Positions 9,499-19,418 of a DNA stretch of 64,000 bases are shown piece by piece. This stretch comes from Gammaproteobacteria bacterium (GTDB taxonomy: Bacteria; Pseudomonadota; Gammaproteobacteria; JBCCGL01): NCBI GenBank assembly GCA_965277715.1, contig OZ255836.1:3680001-3744000 (forward strand), given 5' to 3'. The notes under the pieces are model-generated. The model worked only from the letters and a program-made list of their open reading frames with translations. It did no database searches and was not told where the DNA came from. The position numbers and the translations under genes are program-made. Within the stretch, counting starts at the first letter, position 1, and each line of letters starts with the position of its first letter.

Positions 9499-9673
9499 CC
9501 TAAATTCCGCAGTTGAATCTACTGCGAGCACCTAGTGCACAGAATCTAAAGCGCTTTTACCAGCATTTCAGCTTCACCTGTAGAATCACTACAGGGTTGC
9601 TAAAATGCTGGTAAAAACACTTCATCTTCAGCACCTTAGACGCCCTCGCTACGATTCAACTGCGGAATTTAGG
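9499..9673. mobile_element. MITE-like fold-back element, 175 bp, perfect 21-bp TIR, 5-bp TSD ATAAT
   Basis: CCTAAATTCCGCAGTTGAATC ... GATTCAACTGCGGAATTTAGG; ATAAT at 9494-9498 and 9674-9678; nested internal IRs. Confidence 0.8.
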
Positions 9674-9712
9674 ATAATGCATGGGGTCCAGGCAAAGGGA
9701 GGCATTAGAAAA

Positions 9713-10234
9713 TCAATTGATGGCCTGTAACCTATCTGAATATATTTTTCGCTTGGCAATATAAGCATCGGCTGCATCGCGCAGCAATTGGGCCGCTGCC
9801 GGGCCAACAGCACGTTTAATTCTTGCCGGTGACCCCAGCACCATACTGCCATCGGGTACTTGCATGCCCTCGGTAACCAGTGCATTGGCACCGATAAGGC
9901 AGTCTTTACCGATTATGGCGCCATTGAGCACGACCGCGTTGATGCCGATCAGCGTGCCATCGCCAATGCGACAACCGTGCAGCATGGCTTTGTGGCCGAC
10001 GGTGACTCTTTTACCGATCACCATTGGCCAGCCGGGGTCGACGTGGAGTACGCACCCGTCCTGAATATTAGAACCGCGACCGATAATGATGCTGTCGTTA
10101 TCGGCGCGCACCACCGCCTGAAACCAGATAGATACCTCTGGCGCCAGTGTTACATTGCCAACCAGCGTGGCTGTGGGGGCAATATAACAATCTTCGGCAA
10201 TGTTGGGTGTGAGATTGTCCAGTTGATAGATCAC
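9713..10234 (-). CDS. Gamma carbonic anhydrase family protein (YrdA-like)
   Basis: Hexapeptide repeats, SNIQDGCVLH and GHKAMLHGC; probable GTG start at 10234. Confidence 0.85.
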   Translation of the reverse strand: MIYQLDNLTPNIAEDCYIAPTATLVGNVTLAPEVSIWFQAVVRADNDSIIIGRGSNIQDGCVLHVDPGWPMVIGKRVTVGHKAMLHGCRIGDGTLIGINAVVLNGAIIGKDCLIGANALVTEGMQVPDGSMVLGSPARIKRAVGPAAAQLLRDAADAYIAKRKIYSDRLQAIN

Positions 10235-10383
10235 GGTGGGGATTCCAGTCAGTGGTTGTTGGGTTGAGACTTGATCTGGCGATCGGTCGAATTGTAGCGG
10301 GAGTACATTAGACATTTGTAGTAGATTAGACGGATTATTAGGATAATACAGGTTAATTTCCAGAGACGAGAACAGGTGTAGCG

Positions 10384-10650
10384 ATGGCAGGTGGTTGGGC
10401 GCGTGATGGGGCGGTACAGGATCAAATCGATGCCAGTGTTGCGGATGCGGTAAAACGCGCCCGCAGCCAGCTACCACTCGGGGAGGGGTTAAGTGACTGT
10501 GAGGAATGTGGTGTGGAAATTCCTGAAGCGCGCCGCAATGCCATTCCCGGTGTCCGTTTATGCGTTAACTGCCAGGCCGAAGTGGATGAGCAGCAAAAGG
10601 CGCACAGCGGTTATAACCGCCGTGGCAGTAAAGACAGCCAGTTACGGTAA
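10384..10650 (+). CDS. DksA/TraR C4 zinc finger protein (YbiI-like)
   Basis: MAGGWARDGAVQDQID, CEEC...CVNC and NRRGSKDSQLR. Confidence 0.9.
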   Translation: MAGGWARDGAVQDQIDASVADAVKRARSQLPLGEGLSDCEECGVEIPEARRNAIPGVRLCVNCQAEVDEQQKAHSGYNRRGSKDSQLR

Positions 10651-10752
10651 ATTCTGAGTGAGCTGTGAACGCTTAATACAAGTAATGGTGCTTGCAGCAG
10701 TTACTTAATAAGCATTATGGTATACCTGTATACCGTATAAAGATTACTGTAA

Positions 10753-10863
10753 ATGAGTAAGCAGTACGTATTCCCGATAAAACTTACGCACGATTGTAGG
10801 CGCTGGCAGCACAAAGTGGTGCTTGTTGTACGCATTGGAAACCGATCAGGTATATACCAATAG
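10753..10863 (+). pseudogene. Possible toxin-antitoxin relic (36 aa, RelE-like C-terminus)
   Basis: MSKQYVFPIKLTHDCRRWQHKVVLVVRIGNRSGIYQ*; tail resembles RelE VLVVRIGHRREVY; GGTATAC/GTATACC palindrome upstream. Confidence 0.4.
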
Positions 10864-10898
10864 CCCCCTTTTCGCTTTATTTCTGAGCTCCCTTGTAA

Positions 10899-12071
10899 CT
10901 ATGGGTACGTTTTAACCGACGCTTTGGCGAGCAGGTGCACCACTGTTTCAAAATGATGGGTGCCTGGGAACATATCCATCAGGATTACACTTTCGATTGT
11001 AAAATGCTCGGTAAGTTGTGCCAGGTCACGCGCCAGGGTGGCCGGGGCGCAGCTTACGTAAACCATTTGCCTGGGGGTGAAGGCCCGCGCCCATTCGTGC
11101 AGGTTTTTGAACCCTTTGCGCGGTGGGTCGAGCAATAACAGGTCAAAGGAATTGCGCTGATGGTCTCTACGAAATTTTGTCAGCGCATTCTCTTTAAAGA
11201 GGTCGATCTGGACAAAATCGGCGTGCCTGCTCGCGGCAACCGAATCGATCATGATCCTTTTGCAATCCTGAGCGGTAGTATATTCCGACGATAAATTTCC
11301 ATCACCAGAAAACAAATCCAGCACCGACTTTGGTTTTGCGTCGTTGAGCAGTTTGTTCACATAAGTGCATAACAGCGCATTGATCTCTTCATGCACTTGG
11401 GTGAAACCACTGTGGGCATAGGGTTTATCCCATTCGATAGCGATCTCGCCCTGTTTAAAATAGAGCTCACAGTGGCCCTGGTCGTTGTGTGATTGTTGCC
11501 AATCGGGATGGGTATAGAGTGTGTCGAGCGCAGGGCGCAGTTCTTCGCGAATAATCTGGCAATGGGGGATTTCCACCAGCTTATCGTGCAGGCCATCGAC
11601 TAAACCAATCTGGCCGTTTCGGTAGTGAAGCTGGATACGGTTTCGGTAGGCGCTACGCTGTGGTGCCGGGACTACGCTGAGAGTCGTGGTGTCGAATGGC
11701 AGCTTTTGAAGGGCGCGCACCAGGGCGGTTTTTTTGTAGCTTAGCTCGCTGGCGTAATCGGTGTGCAGGTAGTGGCAGCCAGGGCATTGGTCGAAGTGTT
11801 CACAGAGTGGCTCTATGCGGTTTTCGGCAGGAGTGTCGAGTGATGCGAGCTGCGCAAATCGCACACCTTTTTTTGATTTTCGCAAGGTGGCGGTGCCACG
11901 CTCGCCCGGCAGGGTTTTTTCGATAAAAGTAATCGAGTCAGCCTGTTTGCAAACACCCTGACCTAGAGGGTCCATGTGTTGGATGTCGAAGTCGATGGGG
12001 GTATCGAGAAGCTGGGTACGTTTGCGTGCAGGTTTGATGATGTGTGCTCCGTTGACGATTGATGCGATCAA
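10899..12071 (-). CDS. RNA m5U methyltransferase, RlmD/TrmA family
   Basis: C..F..CPGC Fe-S motif, FTQV, LDPPRKG, YVSC..TLARD and DMFP.THHFE. Confidence 0.85.
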   Translation of the reverse strand: MIASIVNGAHIIKPARKRTQLLDTPIDFDIQHMDPLGQGVCKQADSITFIEKTLPGERGTATLRKSKKGVRFAQLASLDTPAENRIEPLCEHFDQCPGCHYLHTDYASELSYKKTALVRALQKLPFDTTTLSVVPAPQRSAYRNRIQLHYRNGQIGLVDGLHDKLVEIPHCQIIREELRPALDTLYTHPDWQQSHNDQGHCELYFKQGEIAIEWDKPYAHSGFTQVHEEINALLCTYVNKLLNDAKPKSVLDLFSGDGNLSSEYTTAQDCKRIMIDSVAASRHADFVQIDLFKENALTKFRRDHQRNSFDLLLLDPPRKGFKNLHEWARAFTPRQMVYVSCAPATLARDLAQLTEHFTIESVILMDMFPGTHHFETVVHLLAKASVKTYP

Positions 12072-12121
12072 CTAAGTGTAGGTAGCCGCGAAGTGTAACA
12101 TTTGTTTGCGGCTGTTTAGGG

Positions 12122-13450
12122 TTAACACACCAAATCGAGTAACCTGGCTGAGTTAAATGTGTCAGTGGTGACGGTGTGCACCATATGCTCAATGGCATCG
12201 GCACGCGCCTGGCCAAGCACCGGCACGGTAAACATCTGGTATTTATGGTGGATTTCCTCGTCGCTCAGTGGGTTATCCGGGTCACCTTTTGGGGTGCGTG
12301 GTGCCGATTGAATTTCCCGTCCGTCGTGTAAATACAGGGTGACATCGGCCCAGCGCGCTCCCTTGGATATGGCATTGTAATGCGCGGTTTCGACCAGTTC
12401 AGTGGCGTGGCTGAGGCGCAGGATCTCTTTATCTTGCAGTACTTCTTCACGCAATTCCTCTACGCCAATTTGTCCCCGCACGGCCATCATGGCCGCCGGG
12501 AAGGCGATGGCGTAGGTGAGTTCGTCGATATTTTTGGGTGCGTGCCCGGCCAGCCGGGTGGCTTCGTGGAATGTTTGAATGCGCATGCGCGCTATGTCGC
12601 TACTGGTTAGCTGGTGGGTTTTCATCAGGTCTTGAATTGCATCCAGTGATGAGTGCGCCCAGCGGCATACCGGATAGGCTTTGTAGTGGGTGCGCTCAAT
12701 TTCCCAGTGTTGGCCGAGTGTCTTGGCGTGTTCGGCTTCGATGGTGATGGCCGGTGCGCCGGTAAACCCCAGTTGCGCCATATAGGCCGCGCTGACGCCT
12801 GTGGGGGCGCCCCAGCCGACGCCATCGCGCAGCATAGTAGGGTGGTCGATGCAGCGCATCATTTGGCTGCGCGGGCCGTGGTATTCGGCGATACCCATCG
12901 CGTGCAGGGTTTGGCTTGCGTCGAGTTTTAACAGGCGTGCAGCGGCGGCGGCAATGCCAACGGCGGTCCAGGCGCCGGAGGTGTGGTAGTCGGCAACGGT
13001 GGCGTGCTGAGTCACCCCAGAACGGTAGGCAATTTCGTAGGCGACGGCCAGTGTTGTCAGCAGTTCTGTGCCAGAGATTGTGTGTCCTTCAGTGTTTAGC
13101 GCGTCGATAATGGCCAGCACCGAGGGCAGCACGGCTGAACCGGCGTGTCCTTTGCAGTCTGAATTGCCATCGTGGGCATCGATTGAATCGATGGTGAATG
13201 CACCGGCCATACTGGCGCCCATTGGACTGACGATTCGACCATCAAACAATAGACGCGATTTAGGGCCTGTCGCCGATGCGGCCATATGGCTGTTGGCAAA
13301 TTCACGCACAATCGATGAAATTTTGCTTTGGCTACCAATTGCAGCAACGCCAAGGGTGTCGAGTAAGCTGCGCTGCATAATATCCTTAACGGATTGTGGG
13401 AGTGCAGCGTAATCGAGCTGGTGGATAAAATGGATAAGGGTGTTTTGCAT
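12122..13450 (-). CDS. MmgE/PrpD family protein
   Basis: D.HD...GH, KAYPVCRWAH and PKGDPDNPLS. Confidence 0.85.
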   Translation of the reverse strand: MQNTLIHFIHQLDYAALPQSVKDIMQRSLLDTLGVAAIGSQSKISSIVREFANSHMAASATGPKSRLLFDGRIVSPMGASMAGAFTIDSIDAHDGNSDCKGHAGSAVLPSVLAIIDALNTEGHTISGTELLTTLAVAYEIAYRSGVTQHATVADYHTSGAWTAVGIAAAAARLLKLDASQTLHAMGIAEYHGPRSQMMRCIDHPTMLRDGVGWGAPTGVSAAYMAQLGFTGAPAITIEAEHAKTLGQHWEIERTHYKAYPVCRWAHSSLDAIQDLMKTHQLTSSDIARMRIQTFHEATRLAGHAPKNIDELTYAIAFPAAMMAVRGQIGVEELREEVLQDKEILRLSHATELVETAHYNAISKGARWADVTLYLHDGREIQSAPRTPKGDPDNPLSDEEIHHKYQMFTVPVLGQARADAIEHMVHTVTTDTFNSARLLDLVC

Positions 13451-13597
13451 GGCGCGCTAATGAGGAGGCCTGTGATGGGGGCATCTAAACAGTTTCAGTT
13501 ATCGCCGGGCTGCCTGGCTTCGTCGCGCCTTGTTCAACAGGCGGCAGGCATAGCCGCCTGTCTGTTTGGAGAAATGGTTTCGATAGAGCAAGGGCTG

Positions 13598-13627
13598 GCT
13601 CCCTCTCTTTTTATACAGAGAGGGAGC
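13598..13627. terminator. Hairpin immediately downstream of gltA
   Basis: GCTCCCTCTCT ... AGAGAGGGAGC inverted repeat. Confidence 0.55.
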
Positions 13628-13634
13628 GGGGTGT

Positions 13635-14921
13635 TTACGCCGGGTAGTCGCGGTGTGTCGGGCCGGTATAAATTTGTTGTGGCCGACCGATACGGGCCTC
13701 TGGATCCGTTTGCATTTCCAACCAGTGGGAGATCCAGCCAACGGTGCGCGCCATGGCAAAGATCACTGTGAACATATTCAGTGGCAACCCCATTGCACGC
13801 AGAATCAACCCCGAGTAGAAATCCACATTAGGGTACAGTTTGCGTTCTTGAAAATAATCGTCTTCAAGGGTTTTTTGCTCCAGCTCGACGGCCATTTCAA
13901 ACATGGGCTGGTCACCGCCCATTTCCGCCAGCAGTTCGTGGCACATTTCACGGATTATGGTGGCGCGGGGGTCAAAGTTTTTGTAAACGCGATGACCAAA
14001 ACCCATCAACCGGAAGGGATCGTTCTTATCCTTGGCGCGGGCGATGGTGCTGTCGATGGTTTCACCGGAAGCGGAGATAGCGTTGAGCATATGAATAACT
14101 GCTTCGTTGGCGCCGCCGTGTGCCGGCCCCCAGAGTGTGGCGACCCCGGCGGCAATGCAGGCAAATGGGTTGGCGCCAGAGCTACCCGCCAGGCGCACCG
14201 TCGAGGTCGAGGCGTTTTGCTCATGGTCGGCGTGCAGAATGAGGATAAGTTCAAGCGCTTTTGTCATGGTAGCTGAGGGTTGGTAATCCTTATCTGGGCG
14301 CACGCCAAACATCATATGCAGAAAGTTGGCCGAATAGTCGAGGTCGTTACGCGGGTACATAAACGGCTGACCGAGGTAATGTTTGTAGCAGTAGGCAGCC
14401 AGTGTTGGCATTTTGGCGATGAGCCGGTGGGCGGCGATTTTGCGGTGTTCGGGGTTATTGATGTCGAGCGAATCGTGGTAGAAGGATGACATGGCCCCAA
14501 CGACGCCGCATAACATCGACATTGGGTGGGCATCATAGTGAAAACCGTTGAAAAACTCTTTGATACCTTCGTGCACCATTGTGTGGTGGGTGATCGTATT
14601 GTCGAACCCTGACATTTGATCTTTATCCGGTAGCTCGCCGTAGAGCAACAGATAACACACTTCGAGGTAGGTGCTGTGTTTGGCGAGTTGTGCTATTGGG
14701 TAGCCACGGTATAACAGTTCCCCCTTATCACCATCGATGTAAGTGATGGCACTGCGACAACTGGCGGTTGATGCGTACCCCGGGTCGTAAGTAAAGTACC
14801 CCAGCCCGCTCTTGAGCTTGCGTACATCAATGGTAGGCGCCCCCAGAGAACCTTGTTCGACGGGTAATTCTACCTTCTTGTCGGCATTTTTATCGTGGAT
14901 CGTTATCGATTGCTTCGTCAT
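13635..14921 (-). CDS. gltA: Citrate synthase (type II)
   Basis: [27 protein letters not shown] and YPNVDFYSG; GGAG SD before ATG 14921. Confidence 0.97.
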   Translation of the reverse strand: MTKQSITIHDKNADKKVELPVEQGSLGAPTIDVRKLKSGLGYFTYDPGYASTASCRSAITYIDGDKGELLYRGYPIAQLAKHSTYLEVCYLLLYGELPDKDQMSGFDNTITHHTMVHEGIKEFFNGFHYDAHPMSMLCGVVGAMSSFYHDSLDINNPEHRKIAAHRLIAKMPTLAAYCYKHYLGQPFMYPRNDLDYSANFLHMMFGVRPDKDYQPSATMTKALELILILHADHEQNASTSTVRLAGSSGANPFACIAAGVATLWGPAHGGANEAVIHMLNAISASGETIDSTIARAKDKNDPFRLMGFGHRVYKNFDPRATIIREMCHELLAEMGGDQPMFEMAVELEQKTLEDDYFQERKLYPNVDFYSGLILRAMGLPLNMFTVIFAMARTVGWISHWLEMQTDPEARIGRPQQIYTGPTHRDYPA

Positions 14922-14987
14922 GGTTTTTACTCCGAACAGAGGGTCTTGATGTGTTGCAAACAAATCATACAAGGCAGTTGTTTATCT

Positions 14988-15230
14988 TTACATAGCCTGT
15001 GTAAACGATTGATCTGGATCGGGTTGTGGCATTTTCATTGTGTTGTGCAGTATTAACCGGGCTGACTCGAACTCCGCTTTCGCCACTTTCAGCGCATACT
15101 CGTAAGGCCCCCGGTTAGGGATGCTGCGGTGCTTATTTTTTCTGTACAACGAAAGTGAACGCTTGAGAATAGCGAGGCGTTCTTCGTAGTGTTTGCGAGC
15201 GGACTCAAGCTCAACGGAGTGAACGGCCAT
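14988..15230 (-). CDS. Hypothetical protein
   Basis: 80-aa ORF filling the gap upstream of gltA; no motif recognised. Confidence 0.45.
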   Translation of the reverse strand: MAVHSVELESARKHYEERLAILKRSLSLYRKNKHRSIPNRGPYEYALKVAKAEFESARLILHNTMKMPQPDPDQSFTQAM

Positions 15231-15507
15231 CGTCTAATACTTTCGCAATTGAGGGGCTGGTAATGACATAGGCAAAAAAGGCAACCAGTTTCCAGTTATT
15301 TTATCTTTAGGAATATATCAAAAAAACAATGCGTTGGCGATTGCTCCAGCAGTTGGTATGCGCGGTATTTTGATGGCAAATCCAGCTCTTAATATATTAT
15401 ATATAGACAAAAAACGCTCAAAATAATAGCTAAATTTCGGCATATTTCGGTTTGTGGCGGTGGACTCTAGCGTAAAATACTTACCCTCCTGATCCACGGA
15501 GTTACCT

Positions 15508-16719
15508 ATGTCATCAATCAATAAAGTCGTGCTCGCCTATTCGGGTGGGCTGGATACGTCGATTATTCTCAAGTGGCTGCAAGATGAGTACCAGTGTGAG
15601 GTGGTTACTTTTACAGCGGATATTGGCCAGGGCGAAGAAGTAGAGCCCGCGCGCGCCAAAGCGACGGCGATGGGCGTTAGCGAGATTTATATCGATGATC
15701 TACGCGAGGAGTTTGTGCGTGATTTTGTGTTTCCGATGTTTCGCGCCAATACCCTGTACGAGGGCGAATACCTGCTGGGTACCTCGATTGCCAGACCATT
15801 GATTGCCAAGCGTCTTATTGACATTGCCAATCAGACAAATGCCGATGCCATTTCTCACGGCGCGACGGGTAAGGGTAACGACCAGGTGCGCTTTGAGCTG
15901 GGTGCCTACGCATTGCGGCCCGATATTCGCGTTATCGCCCCGTGGCGGGAGTGGGATATGAGCTCGCGTGAATCGCTAATGAGCTATGCCGAAAAACACC
16001 AGATTCCCATCGAAAAAAAGCAGGGCGGGAAGTCGCCGTATTCGATGGATGCCAATTTACTGCATATCTCTTACGAAGGCGGGGTGCTCGAAGACCCCTG
16101 GTGTGAAGGTGAGGAGGCCATGTGGCAGTGGACAGTCTCCCCGGAACTGGCCCCGGATACGCCGCGCTATATTGAGCTTGGCTATCTGAACGGTGATATT
16201 GTCACTATCGATGGCGAGGTGATGTCCCCTGCCACCGTATTGGAAACCCTTAATAAGGTCGGTGGGGAGCACGGTATTGGCCGTGCGGATATTGTCGAAA
16301 ACCGCTATGTTGGCATGAAGTCACGCGGTTGTTACGAGACACCGGGGGGGACCATTATGCTTAAAGCACACCGCGCAATGGAGTCGATAACGCTGGATCG
16401 CGAAGTGGTGCACCTCAAGGATGAACTGATGCCACGTTACGCAAAGGTTATCTACAATGGCTATTGGTGGAGCCCGGAGCGGCGCATGTTGCAGGCGGCG
16501 ATTGATCAATCGCAGGCGTATGTCAACGGTGTTGTGCGCTTGAAGTTGTACAAAGGCAGTGTGACCGTTGCCGGTCGTCATTCCGACGATTCACTGTTTG
16601 ATCAGAACATTGCCTCGTTCGAGGAAGACGATGGCGCCTATAACCAGGCCGATGCCGAAGGCTTTATCAAACTTAATGCATTGCGTTTGCGTATTGCCGC
16701 ACGTCGACGCAGTATGTAG
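15508..16719 (+). CDS. argG: Argininosuccinate synthase
   Basis: [24 protein letters not shown] and [10 protein letters not shown]. Confidence 0.98.
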   Translation: MSSINKVVLAYSGGLDTSIILKWLQDEYQCEVVTFTADIGQGEEVEPARAKATAMGVSEIYIDDLREEFVRDFVFPMFRANTLYEGEYLLGTSIARPLIAKRLIDIANQTNADAISHGATGKGNDQVRFELGAYALRPDIRVIAPWREWDMSSRESLMSYAEKHQIPIEKKQGGKSPYSMDANLLHISYEGGVLEDPWCEGEEAMWQWTVSPELAPDTPRYIELGYLNGDIVTIDGEVMSPATVLETLNKVGGEHGIGRADIVENRYVGMKSRGCYETPGGTIMLKAHRAMESITLDREVVHLKDELMPRYAKVIYNGYWWSPERRMLQAAIDQSQAYVNGVVRLKLYKGSVTVAGRHSDDSLFDQNIASFEEDDGAYNQADAEGFIKLNALRLRIAARRRSM

Positions 16720-16754
16720 GTTTACCCCCACCGATTTATATAGTAGAGATACCC

Positions 16755-17672
16755 ATGACCGAATTCAATTTACATGCCCGTGGCGAAAAGGGTAACACCC
16801 CAACATTGAGTGAGTGGGGCGCCGACAGTGATTACGGTGTATTGCGCGATATTTTACTGGGGCCAGTGGCGCATTATCAGTGGCTGAAAACCAGTTCGGT
16901 GTCGAAAAAGAGCATTCGTCGTGGCTATCAGTTTGACAGTGACGTGGCCTGCGCCCAGCATGCCGAGATGGTGGATGCCTACCGGTCGGCGGGGGTCAAT
17001 GTGCATTTTCTCGAAGCCGATCCGCAGTTGCCGTATCAGGTGTTTGCGCGGGATTCCTCGGTAATGACACCCTATGGTGCGTTTATTACCAACATGTCGC
17101 AGTGGTGGCGGCGAGGGGAAAATTTCCGCGCTATTGAGACGTACCAGAAATTAGGCATCCCCGTTTACGATTATGTGACCGCAGGTTGCTTTGAAGGGGG
17201 AGACTTCGACATTATCGAGCCGGGCTGTGTACTAATTGGTTGGGAAGGGGAAGAGGGGCGCTCGCAGGAATCAGCCGCGCTGCAAATCAAATCCTGGTTT
17301 GACCAGGAGGGTTGGGAGGTCAAGTTGATTGATATTGACCCCTTCTACGTGCATATCGATTTAATGGTAGTGATGGTTGCCCCCAAACTGGCAGCGGTTT
17401 GTCTGGAGTGCACCGACCCGGATGTGGTTCGTTGGTTGCGGGATAAAAATATCGAGATTATCCCCGTGCCGTTTCAGGATACGCTGGCCCTGGGGTGCAA
17501 TGTTGTCGCGCTGGGGAATGACCGTGTGTTATTACCGGCCAAAAGCCAGTATTTGAAAGAGCAACTGCGCGCACGCGGTTTTGAAATCTACGACCCGGAT
17601 GTCGAGATGATTACCTTTGGTGGCGGTGGTGTGCACTGTATGTGCCAGCCTTTGCGCCGGGACCCAGGGTAG
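16755..17672 (+). CDS. Amidinotransferase / dimethylarginine dimethylaminohydrolase family protein
   Basis: FARD, FEGGD, HID and C-terminal GGGVHCM. Confidence 0.85.
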   Translation: MTEFNLHARGEKGNTPTLSEWGADSDYGVLRDILLGPVAHYQWLKTSSVSKKSIRRGYQFDSDVACAQHAEMVDAYRSAGVNVHFLEADPQLPYQVFARDSSVMTPYGAFITNMSQWWRRGENFRAIETYQKLGIPVYDYVTAGCFEGGDFDIIEPGCVLIGWEGEEGRSQESAALQIKSWFDQEGWEVKLIDIDPFYVHIDLMVVMVAPKLAAVCLECTDPDVVRWLRDKNIEIIPVPFQDTLALGCNVVALGNDRVLLPAKSQYLKEQLRARGFEIYDPDVEMITFGGGGVHCMCQPLRRDPG

Positions 17673-17808
17673 AGGGTGAAGGGTGAAGGGTGAACTTTAA
17701 TGTAACGAACTAATAGCAATCCTCACCAAAATCTGCAAAAAACTAAAAGAAAAACGCAAATAACAGCCCCCCACCAAATATCACCCTTCACCCCTCACCC
17801 TTCACCCT
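17673..17808. repeat. Inverted blocks of 7-bp tandem repeats, (AGGGTGA)x3 ... (TCACCCY)x4
   Basis: 17673-17694 and 17781-17808 are complementary, with an A-rich spacer between them. Confidence 0.8.
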
Positions 17809-17841
17809 TTAAAATACCTACCCCAAAACAGAGTCACCGCA

Positions 17842-19125
17842 ATGCGTGCCGCCACTGAAGTAACCAATAACGACGTATACCATTACATGCAGAGGCTTGG
17901 CGCACGCGCACGCGTGGCCAGCCGTGCTATCGCCAGTGCCAGCACGGCAGATAAGAACGCTGCGTTATTGGCCATCGCCGAGGCTATCGAAAGTAACCGC
18001 GCAGTATTGCGCCGAGAAAATGCGCGTGATCTCGACACCGGGCGCCGCAATCAACTTGCGGCTGCGTTGCTGGATCGTCTGGAGCTGAACGATGCGCGCA
18101 TTGCGGGCATGGCCAATGGGTTGCGCCAGATTGCCCAGTTGCCTGATCCGGTGGGCCAAATCAGTGATATGAGCTACCGACCCTCGGGGTTGCAGGTGGG
18201 GCGTATGCGCGTACCGCTGGGCGTGATTGGTATTATTTATGAATCGCGGCCCAATGTTACCGCCGATGCGGCGGCGCTGTGTTTGAAATCGGGTAATGCG
18301 ACGATTCTGCGAGGGGGGTCTGAGGCCATTCACTCCAACCGCGCTATTGCCGCCTGTATTGGCGAGGGTTTGCAAAATGCCGGTTTGCCTGCCGACAGTG
18401 TGCAGGTGGTGGAAACCACCGAGCGCGCCGCAGTTGGTGAGTTGATTTCGATGAACGATTACATCGATATTATTATCCCGCGTGGCGGTAAAGGTTTGAT
18501 CGCACGGATTAGCCGCGAGGCCACCGTACCGGTGATCAAACACCTCGATGGTATCTGCCATGTTTATATCGATGCATATGCCGACCCGGAAAAAGCCGTG
18601 GCCGTCGCCGTTAACAGCAAAACCTATCGTTACGGCATTTGTGGTGCGATGGAGACGTTGCTGATCGATGGGGCCGTGGTCGAACAGGTATTGCCCGCCA
18701 TCGCCGAACAATTGCACGCGCTGGGTGTCGAGCTGCGAGGGTGTCAGCGCTGCTGTGCACTTATCGACGGTATGGTAAAGGCCGATGCGCAGGACTGGTG
18801 CACCGAGTACCTTGCACCCGTACTCTCGGTGCGGGTGGTCGACGGTATTGAGGCGGCGATGCAGCATATCGCGCAGTATGGCTCTGGACACACCGATGCC
18901 ATTATTACGGACAACCTCAACCAGGCGCAGCGGTTTATGCGGGAGGTGGATTCCAGTTCAGTGATGGTCAATGCCGCCACTTGCTTTGCCGATGGCTTCG
19001 AGTATGGTCTCGGTGCAGAAATAGGCATCAGTACCGATAAACTGCATGTGCGCGGCCCGGTAGGTGTCGAGGGTTTAACGACACAAAAATATATTGTGAT
19101 TGGCCAGGGCACGGTTCGCCGTTAA
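17842..19125 (+). CDS. proA: Gamma-glutamyl phosphate reductase
   Basis: [23 protein letters not shown] and [18 protein letters not shown]. Confidence 0.97.
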   Translation: MRAATEVTNNDVYHYMQRLGARARVASRAIASASTADKNAALLAIAEAIESNRAVLRRENARDLDTGRRNQLAAALLDRLELNDARIAGMANGLRQIAQLPDPVGQISDMSYRPSGLQVGRMRVPLGVIGIIYESRPNVTADAAALCLKSGNATILRGGSEAIHSNRAIAACIGEGLQNAGLPADSVQVVETTERAAVGELISMNDYIDIIIPRGGKGLIARISREATVPVIKHLDGICHVYIDAYADPEKAVAVAVNSKTYRYGICGAMETLLIDGAVVEQVLPAIAEQLHALGVELRGCQRCCALIDGMVKADAQDWCTEYLAPVLSVRVVDGIEAAMQHIAQYGSGHTDAIITDNLNQAQRFMREVDSSSVMVNAATCFADGFEYGLGAEIGISTDKLHVRGPVGVEGLTTQKYIVIGQGTVRR

Positions 19126-19198
19126 ACTAGGAATCCGACAGGCTCCTGGCAAGCAGTCAGTCGTTAATCTATTTACCTTACAGTTCAGGAGAGCTTTT

Positions 19199-19417
19199 AT
19201 GAGTACACAACAAAAACGCACCGCGCAGCAACGGCGGGAAGTATTGAACAGCCCCCTGTTGCGCAAGTCTGGTGTCCATCAAAAATCCCGAAAGGTAGTG
19301 CGCCGGGACGATAAAATGGCATTGCGACGTCAGTACTGCCCGCAAAGCACATGGCAGTGTGCTTTGCGGGCAGTATTGGTTTTGTTGGTGGTTACCGCGA
19401 GCCAAGCCCGCTTTTAA
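19199..19417 (+). CDS. Small basic protein (72 aa), candidate alternative ribosome-rescue factor
   Basis: AGGAG SD; K/R-rich N-terminus (SPLLRKSGVHQKSRK); internal 21-bp hairpin; hydrophobic tail. Confidence 0.55.
   Translation: MSTQQKRTAQQRREVLNSPLLRKSGVHQKSRKVVRRDDKMALRRQYCPQSTWQCALRAVLVLLVVTASQARF
19331..19378 (+). promoter_or_regulatory. 21-bp stem-loop inside the small ORF (RNase III site or terminator candidate)
   Basis: CAGTACTGCCCGCAAAGCACA-tggcag-TGTGCTTTGCGGGCAGTATTG (one G-U pair), followed by GTTTTGTT. Confidence 0.65.
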
Positions 19418-19418
19418 T

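Noticed and set aside
17965-18891. 308-aa minus-strand ORF
   Set aside because: Fully antisense to proA, a typical shadow ORF
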